Shown here: positions 13,801 to 25,800 of the stretch, in pieces
Layout: each line of letters opens with the position of its first letter
Numbering within the stretch: the first letter of the stretch is position 1
Assembly: GCA_034780895.1 (NCBI GenBank)
Contig: JAUZTB010000062.1
Span: 18,561,967 to 18,625,966, forward strand
Reading direction: 5' to 3'
Source of the DNA: Rhynchobatus australiae
Lineage: Eukaryota
Length of the DNA: 64,000 nucleotides
Program-made: the position numbers and the translations under genes
The notes under the pieces: generated by a model
Told to the model about the DNA's origin: nothing
The model's input: only the letters and a program-made list of their open reading frames with translations
Database searches by the model: none

Positions 13801-16800
13801 ATATTTACATAATTATCGTCATCAACATGGCAAAACCATCTAGAAAACAAATAATAAATTAGGAAAGAATTAGTATTTTAGTCAATGCCAAACTAAATGG
13901 AAAAGTCTATACAAGTAGAAGGGCAGCATTGTGGTGCAGCCGATAGTGTTGCTGCCAACAGTTCCAGTGACTGGGTTCCATCTTGGCCTCTGGTTCTGTC
14001 TGTGCGGAGTTTGCATGTTCTCCCTGTGACCACACGAGTTTCCCCAGGATGTTCCAGTTTGTACTTGTTGGTAGGCTATTTGACCACTGTAAATTACCCC
14101 TCGTGTAGGTGGGTGNNNNNNNNNNNNNNNNNNNNNNNNNNNNNNNNNNNNNNNNNNNNNNNNNNNNNNNNNNNNNNNNNNNNNNNNNNNNNNNNNNNNN
14201 NNNNNNNNNNNNNNNNNNNNNNNNNNNNNNNNNNNNNNNNNNNNNNNNNNNNNNNNNNNNNNNNNNNNNNNNNNNNNNNNNNNNNNNNNNNNNNNNNNNN
14301 NNNNNNNNNNNNNNNNNNNNNNNNNNNNNNNNNNNNNNNNNNNNNNNNNNNNNNNNNNNNNNNNNNNNNNNNNNNNNNNNNNNNNNNNNNNNNNNNNNNN
14401 NNNNNNNNNNNNNNNNNNNNNNNNNNNNNNNNNNNNNNNNNNNNNNNNNNNNNNNNNNNNNNNNNNNNNNNNNNNNNNNNNNNNNNNNNNNNNNNNNNNN
14501 NNNNNNNNNNNNNNNNNNNNNNNNNNNNNNNNNNNNNNNNNNNNNNNNNNNNNNNNNNNNNNNNNNNNNNNNNNNNNNNNNNNNNNNNNNNNNNNNNNNN
14601 NNNNNNNNNNNNNNNNNNNNNNNNNNNNNNNNNNNNNNNNNNNNNNNNNNNNNNNNNNNNNNNNNNNNNNNNNNNCAGGAATTGCTTCCTGATTGAAAGT
14701 GAGCTGTGGGGTGGGAAGGGTGGGGGCAATGACTGATCAGTGGCTTTATCAGTCATTGCTAGCAGGATGGTGGAAAAAGACCAACTGTACGACTTTGATT
14801 CTTGAGGGCTACTAAAACAGAAGCACCTTGGGATACAAGTACATAGTGGCAACACAGGCAGACCGGGCAGTGAGGAAGGCATATGACATGCTTGCCTCCA
14901 TTGACTGAGATATTGAGTTTAAGAGTTGAGATGTCATGATGCAGTTGTACAAAACTTTGATTAGGCTGCATTTGGAGTATTGTGTGTAGTTCCAGTCACC
15001 ACACTATTGGAAGGATGTGATTAAGCTAGAGAGGTGTGCAGAAAAGATTCACAGGGATGTTGACTGAATTTGAGGGCTTGAGTTATAAGCAAGAGATTGG
15101 ATAAGCTGGGTCTGTTCCCTGAAGTGAAGGAGGCTGAGAGGTGACATGATAGAGGTATATAAAATTATGAGAGGCAGAGATGGGGTAGATAGCCAATGTC
15201 TGTTTCCCAAGGTCGGGGTATCCAAAACTAGAGGGTATAGAGTTAAGGTAAGGTTTAAAGTGGATCCAGGGGGGAAAATGTTCACACAAAGAATAGCTGG
15301 TATATGGAATGAACTACCAGAGGATGTCATGAAGGCACTATCAGTAAGTGTAGAGGGATCTGGAATTAATGCAGACAAGTGGGATTAGTGCAAAATAGGC
15401 ATGATGCTCGTCCTAGGTGCAGTGGGCCAAAGGGTCTGGTTCTATGCTGTACAACTCTATGACTCTTCTTTCTAGTGCTAAAGCAGAGTTCAAAAAATCA
15501 AGGTCACAAACTTTACTTTTAATTAATTCATGGCATACGGATATTGTGGGCAAGAAAGACATTTATTGAGCATCTGTAGTCACCCTGAGAAGACAGTGGT
15601 GAGACTTGCTGACAGTTCAAATTTGTGACAGTCTGAGCCAGTGCACCTGACTATTTGCTCCTTCTCTGGACTTGCTATTGAGGGTAACAGTGAAGCAATG
15701 ACATACTGGAAAGAAGCTCTAGCTGCATTCTGTATCCAGCATTGATCTTTGCACCAGGGAGAAATATCATATAAAGGATGACTCCATTCATCTGAATGGA
15801 GCTAATGACTCTATGGTAAAGGGTAAGTGTAGTTAAATGATTTTCCTGTTCTATCTTTCAATGTTTGAAATTACCTGTTACATTTAACTGTGCTTTTAAT
15901 TAAATTTATGCATTATTTTTTAAATGTTTGAAAATCTATTCAAATGGATTTAAATCCCTCTAACTACAGGGATATTTAAAAATTATTAAATAGCATTTAG
16001 CTGCCAATAAGCTGCAATCAAAAAATACATTAACAATCATAAATATTTCATTTGAAGGAGACTTTCTGAAAAAGATGTTCATTATATTCCTAAAATTTAT
16101 AGAATGCATATTCATACTGAAGAAGCTTTTTCAACTGTCCCTTCTACAAAAAAGTCTTGTATCAGATGGAACTCTAATTTTCAGCACAACATTGATTTTT
16201 TCAGTATTATTGTTATGAAGGCATTGCCTCAATGCAAGTAATACAATACAATAATATAATCTGCTATGTTGATAAGAAGACCCTTGGAACAAAAGGCATT
16301 AAGTGTTTCATTTTGCCTAAGCATTGCCACCCAAGATAGTGCAGAGTTTTTTTTAATGTCTTATAGCAATGCTGAGAAAAAAAGAAAATCAAAAATTACA
16401 TAAGAAATGCAAATATAGATGACATCAGAAACTTACGGAACCTGGGACCTCAGGCTCAAAACTAGTGAATGGCCCATTAGATATATACAATAATATATTG
16501 ATGACCTTCCCAGCATGCTTACTTTTTTTTAGATTCAATGAACTTATCATACTCCACGGACATCTTACAACAAAGTGCTTGGCGTGTATATGCAGCAGAG
16601 CAGTTTGTATTAATCATGTTGCCTCCTAAACAAAGAGAAAGCAGAAGAAGAGCACAGTTAGCTTATCATTTGAACAACATCCAAGACATTTAATTATTCC
16701 CATCTGGCTTAATCTATTTTTAATTTTAGTGTTTTGATTAAAATACATTTCCATAATACCTATTAATATTCACAATCATGTTACGAAATATGTTTCTTTT

Positions 16801-19800
16801 GAAAGAAACATAAATCCACTTTTGAAAACTAATGTTGATTCTAAATCAGAAAAATCAAGACCATTTCTTCATTGGCAACGCTGCCCAAATACTGCAGGCT
16901 CCCATTATAAGCCTTTCCAACACACTTTAGTACCCATGATAAAGTGGGCAGTCAGCACTTAAAGAGAGGAATTATTTCTTATCAGCTGAAATTTAGTAAC
17001 ACTATGAGGCACATGGTTGTCAATTGCTTGCTAAATTGGTAAAATTTATTTATCCCTTCAAAATTTAAACATCACTGATCTTCACGTTAAAAATGTGAGT
17101 TTCCAATAAATCACTGCCAAATATATTGATGTTAGTGAGCAACTTGCATCCTTAGAAACCATTCCTTAGAGTAATAAAGTCACCAATTATTAGACCATTC
17201 AATTGTGCTCATCAAGAGAATGATGTCTAGCCTGAAATCTAACACAGGATTTCTGGCACTTCTCCAATGAAAAGGCTGAGTCACACTAAATCAGAGAGAA
17301 TAACAGTCATATGCTAAACCCATCTCCCTATTGTCAAAAGCAATAGAAGAATGTACAAGGCCAGTTAAAAAACAGTCCTCATAATAGCATCTCCAATTAG
17401 TTTAAAAGAGATAAGTGTTCAAGATTCTGTTCTAGGGAAGGTATAGAATGTTACTAAAATTATTTCAATATATTTTGAGGTCTGCAAAACAAGCAACCAG
17501 TTGTACATTTGTGTACATGTATGTAAATTTGAGCAGCTACTTTTATTATTTTTATGGCAACATTATTATATTTTCATATTGCAAGGCATTACACAAATGA
17601 ACTGCACTTAAACAGATGCAACACAGAATAATTTATCATTTCTTATTCTTTCAGTGGCAGTCACAGAATAGAAACTGTAAGTGGTGCATTAAGAGTTTCT
17701 GGAGAAATCCAACTAATCTGTTAATAAACTCAATGAATAGGTTACTCAAGTCATTTATCTATTGCTGAGCATCTCNNNNNNNNNNNNNNNNNNNNNNNNN
17801 NNNNNNNNNNNNNNNNNNNNNNNNNNNNNNNNNNNNNNNNNNNNNNNNNNNNNNNNNNNNNNNNNNNNNNNNCAGCCTTTTCCCGCAAGTCTTTGTCTTC
17901 GCCATCTGTGAAGATAAATGTCTGGTGGAAAGAAAGAAGAATATTCAGGGGCAGGCTGGTATATTCAATTCATTCTTGTTAAATACTTTGCATTCCCAAA
18001 TTCAGCCATTTAATGATATGGATAGGTTTACATTTTAAACACAAAACTTACTGAAGTACATAATTTGTCCTTCTGATCATCTTATAAGGCAAAACACAAA
18101 TATAATATGTATCATAGTCTTTACAACCTATCTATGATTAAGTGATGCAGTAAAGTACAATTGATGGGCAGGCACGGTAGTGTAGCTGTTAGCATAACGC
18201 TATTACAGCACCAGTGACCCGGGTTCAATTCCGGCCGCTGTCTGTAAGGAGTTTGTACGTTCTCCCCGTGACTGCGTGGGTTTCCTCTGGGTGCTCTGGT
18301 TTCTTCCCACATTCCAAAGACATACAGGTTAGGAAGTTGTGGACATGTTAGTTTGGCGCCAGAAGCATGGCGACACTTGCAGGCTGCCCCCAGAACACTG
18401 TGCAAAGATTCATTTCACTGTGTGTTTCCATGTACATGTGACTAATAAAGATCTCATTAGGGAGAATGAATTCGGGGCAGATTACTTCTTGAGAACAACT
18501 TTATTTTAGTAAAGTAAATTGGTCTATGTTTATTTTTCCAGACATTTCTCTTCTCTCCATTTAACTTTGAGTACCAAATGACATATTTAGAAGACAGCAA
18601 ATTGGGAATTTTGACTTCTGGCATCTTTATTTCTTTTGTAATCATTCTTTTCATAGTTTGCACCATTACTAACTTTCATCTCAAGTGTTTGCGGCAAGAT
18701 ATTACAACCCTGTGGAAGTATGGTCAATTTCCAATGGAGGGTGATGTACAACTCTACATAACATACAATCCAAGCATCACTGGGAATACCGCAAATGTTT
18801 TGGGGGGCAGACATTAAAGGCAAGAACTTTAAACTCTTTACATATAGAGAAACATCATTTCTCTATGATGAGTACAGGATGAACTAGATAACTGAAAAGC
18901 ACAAAGTATTGAAAAACATTTGTTCTTAAATGAATATTTAATCAGGAGTGATCTCAAATTGGGATATTATGAACTATAAAATATAAATGAACTGCAAATC
19001 TATCCACTCCCATAACAGGTGGAATTACAACCTAAGAATTGATCAATTATACCTATTTATGAAAAAAACAGCTTTCGGGTTAACATGCACAGATATATTC
19101 TTTTTTCCATAACTGGGCAGCATGACAGTTATGATTCTACATTGCTTTGATATGACTTTTATCCTCATTAATAATTTTTGACACTGAAGTCATCCAGAAG
19201 ACTGCAAGTCCTGAAAGTTCTAAACTGCAGTATGAGCCACTTGCCCTGAAAGCAGGAAAAAGCTGGTAAGAAACAAAAACTACTTGCTGGAGCTGTTCAT
19301 AAAACAGTCTGATGTGCACCCAGAATTCTGGCTACAATGGCCATTCCAGAATCATTCCCCAAGTCAGAAAGGAATCTCCTTGAACTCTGCAAATCTATTG
19401 ATAGTTTATCCCTTGCTAATTTTTGGTACAGTTTAGTCATTTAGTTTACTTTTGCCTTTTAGCCAAAGCTGGATATTTTTGGATTTGAAGGTATACATCA
19501 ACCTACTTTCGCTTAAAAACACAATTAATTGAAATGAGTAATCTCTCACTCTCTTTCATTTGGCTATCAGCAACAGCTGAGCTTTTATGGAAATCAAAGA
19601 AAACTGCAGATGCTGGAAATCTGAAATAAAAACAAAAAATGCTGGAAATACCCAGTAAATCAGGCAGTATCTGTGGAACGAGAAACAGCCTCGTATCTGC
19701 TTGAGTTTAAAAGAGTGAGAGGAGATTTGATTGAAATATACAAGATGCAAGGGTCTTAACTGGGTCGATGAGGACAGGATGATTCCTTTTACAGGAGAAT

Positions 19801-22800
19801 CTACTAAGATAGCAGCAGCAGGTGTCATCCACTCTAACAGCACCTCCCAAACTCACAACCTCTATCACCAAAGACAAGTACAGATGGCACACAGGAACAC
19901 TTCTATCTACCAAATTCCCTCTAAGTCGCACACTATTCAGTGTAGAAATATATTGCAGTTCCTTCAAGATCACTGAATCTTGGAACTTCCTATCCAAGAG
20001 GATTATGGAAATACCTTTACCTAAAATGCTGCAGCAGTCAAAACAGGTGATTCCCTACCCATTTCTCAAGGATAATTTGAGTTGGGCAACAAACACTGGC
20101 CATGCCAGAGATGTCAATATCCTGGAAAAGGAATACATGGAAAAAAACTGTGGTGTTGCAATGGGAAATGATTTGTTAAGCATTGAGAATTCATATCATG
20201 TATCTCTGCTGTCTGTGCTTCTGGCTTCCTTACAGCAGAAAGCTTCTAAAGGCAAAGCACTAAGTAATTTACTGAAAACAATACAATTGGCAGGAAATCA
20301 CATTTTGCTGCAGTCATGATCAGCTCTGGGAAGTAAATTTAGTCATTTTGCCAATAATGCAATTCTAGGAGGAAACCACTTAACATGCATTTTTACAGAC
20401 CTTAAGGCTTCTGTATGCTAAACTTTTGCAAAAATATTTTGCATATATCATAAGCTGAAAAGAGGTTTACTGGTCTCAGGCTCACTTCCCTGCTGTACAA
20501 TGTCCAAGGAAAAACAGTGCCAATAAAGGAAATATATGAATTCACTGCACATATGGAGGCCATTTGGCCCATGATCCAAATCACTGAATCTCTGGCGTCC
20601 CTCCCATGCCCGGCACTAAAGATTAATGCTAGCTTCTTTCCCCAGAGATGTAGAATACAAAATTAAGGAATCACATTGATCATTGATAAACCACTGGTTT
20701 GGCTACAACCAGACTACCAAACACCCCTCCCCTCTCCCACACCCCCCCACCCAATAAGGGTCTGAAGGCAAACAGTGTGCAGAAAGGACTTCATATAATG
20801 ATTCTACAGGTGAGAGTCTCAGTTACATGGACAGACTGAGGAAGCAGGGATTCTTTTCCATGCAGTAGTGAAGATTGACAAGTGATTTGGTAGAAATGTC
20901 AAAACCATGAAGGGTCCAAAGTAAATCAAGAGAAACTCTTACCATTAGTGGAAGGGCTGAGAACTAACAGAAATCGTAATTAGCAAAAGGAACAAAGATA
21001 TCCTGAGGAAAAACGATATTATTATTAATTGAGTAGTTATGATGCGGAAGGTACTGCCAAAAGGCGGAAGCAAATTCAACTGAGGCTTTCAAGAAACATT
21101 TGGCCTTGATAAAATATTTGCAGGAATAGAATCAAAATTATTATCACCGTCTTATGATGTAAAATTTATTGTTTTGTGGCAGCAATACAGTGCAAAGATA
21201 TAAAATTACTATAAATTACAAAATAAATAAATAGTGCAAAAAAAGGAATAATGAGGTGTTAATAAGTTCATGGACCATTCAGAAATCTGATGGTGGAGGG
21301 GAAAAAGCGGTTTCTGAATCGTTGAGTGTTGATCTTCAGGGTCCTGTACCTCATCCCTGATGGTAATAACCAGAAGAGAGATGGTGAGGGTCCTTAGTGA
21401 TGGATACCACTTTCTTGAGGCACCACCTCTTGAAGATGTCCTTGATGGTGGGGAGAGTTGTGCCCATGATGGAGCTAGCTGAGTCTACAACCCTCTGCAG
21501 CCTCTTACAATCCTGTGCATCAGAGCCTCCATACCAGGCTGTGATGCAACCAGTCAGAATGCTCTCCACCGTACATCTATAGAAATTTGCAAGAGTCTTT
21601 GGTAACATACTGGGAGATAGCTGAGGAATGGAACTTACTGGGTTGTTCTTACAAAAGCTGCATGGACTTGATGGGCTTAATGGGAGTCTCTTCACAGCTT
21701 TAACAACTAAATATTCTGCAGTGAAGATTTTTACAACAATCTGCCAGGTGCTGTTAACACACAAGTTACAGTAACATTAATGGTTTATGATGATTGGATT
21801 TACAGTCTTAATGTTGTTGCAGTTTTATTTCACTCTCTCCCAGTCTACCTCTTCTTGTTTTGCTTTATATCTCAACCTGTTGTAATTCTTACTGTTTACT
21901 TCCATTATAAGTTTGTTGTTTGATCTGTCTCTATTAATAACCAGATAACTTGGGACAAATCAGCTTTCATCCCCTTGGAATTGGCTAATTTTGAACTTTA
22001 TTTTCATGATCAATTCTAACAGGTTATGATTATGCCTTCATCCCATTTTATCCCAGTGCATGACAAAAAGGTGTTCAGCACTGCATCAGGGACATGCACC
22101 ACAGTGGCGAAGGAAAAGGTAATGTATCCTAATAAGTTTCTCCAGCACTGGACTTACTCATAACTCTACCTTCATACAACCTGAGATATGCCATCTCAAT
22201 ACTTTTCCCATCATTCTATTTTGCTGCTCTGCAAGGACATCGTTAGGGTTAAATCCATTCCATTTAGAAAGCTTCCATCATCCTAAAATTTGCCTAATGT
22301 CCCTAATATGTGGGATGCTCATTTTTACACAATTTAATATGATATTGCATTGATTATAACTTGCTTGTCACCAACAGGATGCAATGTAATGGCAGGAATT
22401 CCATTTCTTTTAATCTATTGCTCAGCTCCTCAACCTCCCTTTGCAAAATCTAGATCTGATGTTTCCCTTTACTATTTGCTTCCAAAGTGAAAAATTGCTT
22501 TGATTGCTCAGCCTTCCTTTGCAGAATGCTTTCCATCCATTCCCTAGTGTCATGTACCCCAGAGCTTGGGATTTAAAAAATCATTCAATAACCCTGGTCA
22601 ATGTTGCTGAGAAATTCTCTGTCTCTGGGGGATTCTATCAGTTGCTCTTTTTGACACCCATCACACCATCCCTGATGACCAAATGTTCTGCTTTACTGTT
22701 ACTTTGCATGCAATTTCACTCCCATGAAGTGTAGTAAAAAGAACCTCAAGTTAATAATAACAGGTAATTAAAAATGAACCTAGTACTAATTGAAAAACTT

Positions 22801-25800
22801 TTCATTTAGATTAATGGTAAAATTTAGATGACCTCAAATTGAAATTGAAGAGCAGATTGGAATATGGACACATAACTTACTGGTTTCTGATGAAGAGATG
22901 ACTCAAAATAATTAACCGCTGATTCATCTGCTGTTTAATTCCAGTAGTTCCCCTTCAGATTGCTGACTTTCATAGTTTTTCTTTATATTTCACATTGATT
23001 AATTCATTCCAACTGTTCCAGCATGCCTTTCACTCACTGCTACTGCAATTATAGGTTATAAATCATCCTGAGGCTTATTTTGAGTGAAGTACTTTTGAAA
23101 TTCTTTATGTTTTACGAATCCTGGCCACTCATTTTTATTTATGCTTTATAAAATTGGGAATTTTCACTGCTTGCAATCAAAGCATGCCACTCAGTCACAA
23201 ATTAATGGCTACTCATCATCTGGTTTCAATTTTGCATTGCATCCAATACGGGAAACTGCATCTACAAAGCTTCACACAACTAATCTCCATACTGTGTCAA
23301 TTTGCTCAATCCAATTCAAAGCCCACTTACTTTTTACCCTAGATATGTTCACTTTTTGAATTAACAAACCAAAGGAGCCACAACTATTTCCTCCATGATT
23401 AAAATAATATTTAAACATCAAACCACGTCACAAGCCTATCCGCCCTTTTGAATGATTTAAAAGTATCTGATTAAATTAGGAATGAGTTCACCTTCTTTCA
23501 AGGATAAAGGAACAGTTTGTGTTCCCGTGGCTGCTCGACTGTGGTACTGGAATAAGATTTGTTCACAAAACTTTAATCTGCCCCTTTATCCCTCAGTAAT
23601 CTGGCAGTCTTCAAAAACATAACATCTGGCATTCATTTAAAAAAAGGAACCAGAGGGGATAGTGCAGAGATTGGAGGGAAGAAAGAGGAAAGCTTAAAAA
23701 AAAATGAGCAAACAGAAAAATTTAAAACAAAGAGGCATTTAAAAAAATCACTGCTTGCACAAACTACTTCATATCCAGGTCTTGGATTTAGTTTAACAAT
23801 AGTGAGTGTTTGATAACACTGAACTTGATAGCTCCATAATTAAAATAATATCCGTTTTGATTTTGGAAATCTTTTACTTGCACTTATTTATTTTCAAAGA
23901 ACTCACAAAGTTTGCATTTCTAATCTTCACCTGGGTACAGCAATCAGCTCTTTCATACCAGTGCTCCAATGGACTGCAAAAACCTCAGTGCCCAAAACTG
24001 GAAACATTAACTTAGTTGCCAAGAATGGCACCTTTACAGAAAACAAATGAAGCAAAACTTTGAGGGTTGACGATCTATAGGAAAGAAGAGCTGCCAGTAA
24101 TATAATCTTATGTTCAATATTTTCACACCGCTAAAACATTGCACATCGGCAACATCAAATCCAGAGGCGAAAGCAACATTTAATATCAATTGAAAAATTC
24201 AATCTGTAGTTTTCATTAAATGTTTAGATCAACATTACTCGAGATGTGGTGGGCCCAGTTTTTATCTGATCAGCTTTGTTTAAAATATTAAGTTCCCTCA
24301 GTTGTTCAGCCTCATAGGCCTCTGGTAAGTAGGTGCTTTTCTGTTTATTTCAATTTCAACTCATTTACTTAAATGTTATTGTGACTATACTCTGAAATGA
24401 TTAGTAGATTTAGAATAAATGACAATGGAGTTATCCACGTTTCCTTTACAGAATTCAATTTATCTGCAAAGGGTGAAGTTCACAACCAGAATTTATTGTC
24501 AGATAAATCTGTTGCACTGATGAATGCAGGAAGGGATAAAATTTTGTTTCTTCTTAACCAGTCCTGATGCAGGATTTCGACCCACAACAGTGACGAGTCC
24601 TGCCCCACCCCCCCCCCCCAAGATGCTGCTCAACACGGTGGAGTTCCTCCAGCAGATTGTTTGTTACTCCATTTTCCAGCATTCATTTGTGCCTCTGTGG
24701 TTTTAAAGGTTTGAACCCATGCTTTAGAATTGCAAGAAATTGGCTGAGTGATTCTCATACCTCAGAGGGTGCATAATAAATGCTGCCTGCCAGTGTCATT
24801 TTCATTTCAGAATCCAAGATTGGAACTTGTGGATAAGAGCTCCTTCTTACTCACTGGAAGCATTTTGTAGCATTTAGAACATTTATCTGGTTTTGGCAGG
24901 AAGGGTAACTGAGAAATAGTGCAACATTTTATAAAAGAAAAAGATTTGGATGGGACCAGGGCAGAGTTTTTGCATTTACCCAGAGTATCATGTACGCTGA
25001 CAACTTTCTTCCAATGTGATCCTAAAGAGGCTGTAAGCAGGCAAAAGGATGCCTGGCAAGTAGGAGGCTTTTAAAAGTGTGATAGGGAGAGTTAAGGGCC
25101 AACACGTTCCTGTTAGAGTGAAGCACAAGGCTGGCATGGGATATCGAAGCTCCGGTCAGGAAAAAGAAGGCATATGTCTGGTATATGTAGCTGGGATCAA
25201 GCAAAGCCCTTGAGGTGTACAACAACATAGGAATACACTTAAGAAGGAAATCAGGAGGGCAAAGAGGGACCAGGAGATATCCTTGACAGCTAAGGTAAAG
25301 GAGAATCCTAAAAGATTCCATAAATATATTAAGAGAAAAAGTGTAACTAGAGAGAAAACAGGTCCCCCTAGGGATCAGTGTGGTCGTCTATGTGTGGAGC
25401 CATGGGACATGGGCAAGATCTTAAATGAATACTTCTCATCTGTATTTACTTTGGAGCAGGTCATGGTCAGTGAAGAGAACAGTGATGTCTTGAAACATAT
25501 TGATGTTACAAAAGAGATATTGGCAGTCCTGAGGTACATAAAGGTGGATAAATGCCCATAGTCTGACCAAGTGTATCCTAGGATATCATGGGAAGCAAAG
25601 GAAGTTACTGCAAGACCCTGGCAGAGATTTTTGTACCTTCCTTAGCCATGGGTGAGATATAGGGAGAATGGAAGGTGGCTAATGTTGTGCCTTTGTCTAA
25701 GAAGGGCTGCAAAGACAAGAAAGGGAACTACAGGTCAGTGAGCCTAACATCAGTGGTGGGTAAGTTACTGGAGGGGAGTCTGAGNNNNNNNNNNNNNNNN

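Noticed and set aside
18166-18240. tRNA-like A and B boxes
   Set aside because: These are the heads of V-SINEs; there is no complete cloverleaf, so they are not tRNA genes.
19822-20319. 165-aa ORF in RFNG intron 1
   Set aside because: Overlaps a decayed LINE 3' end; chance open frame with a GTG start.
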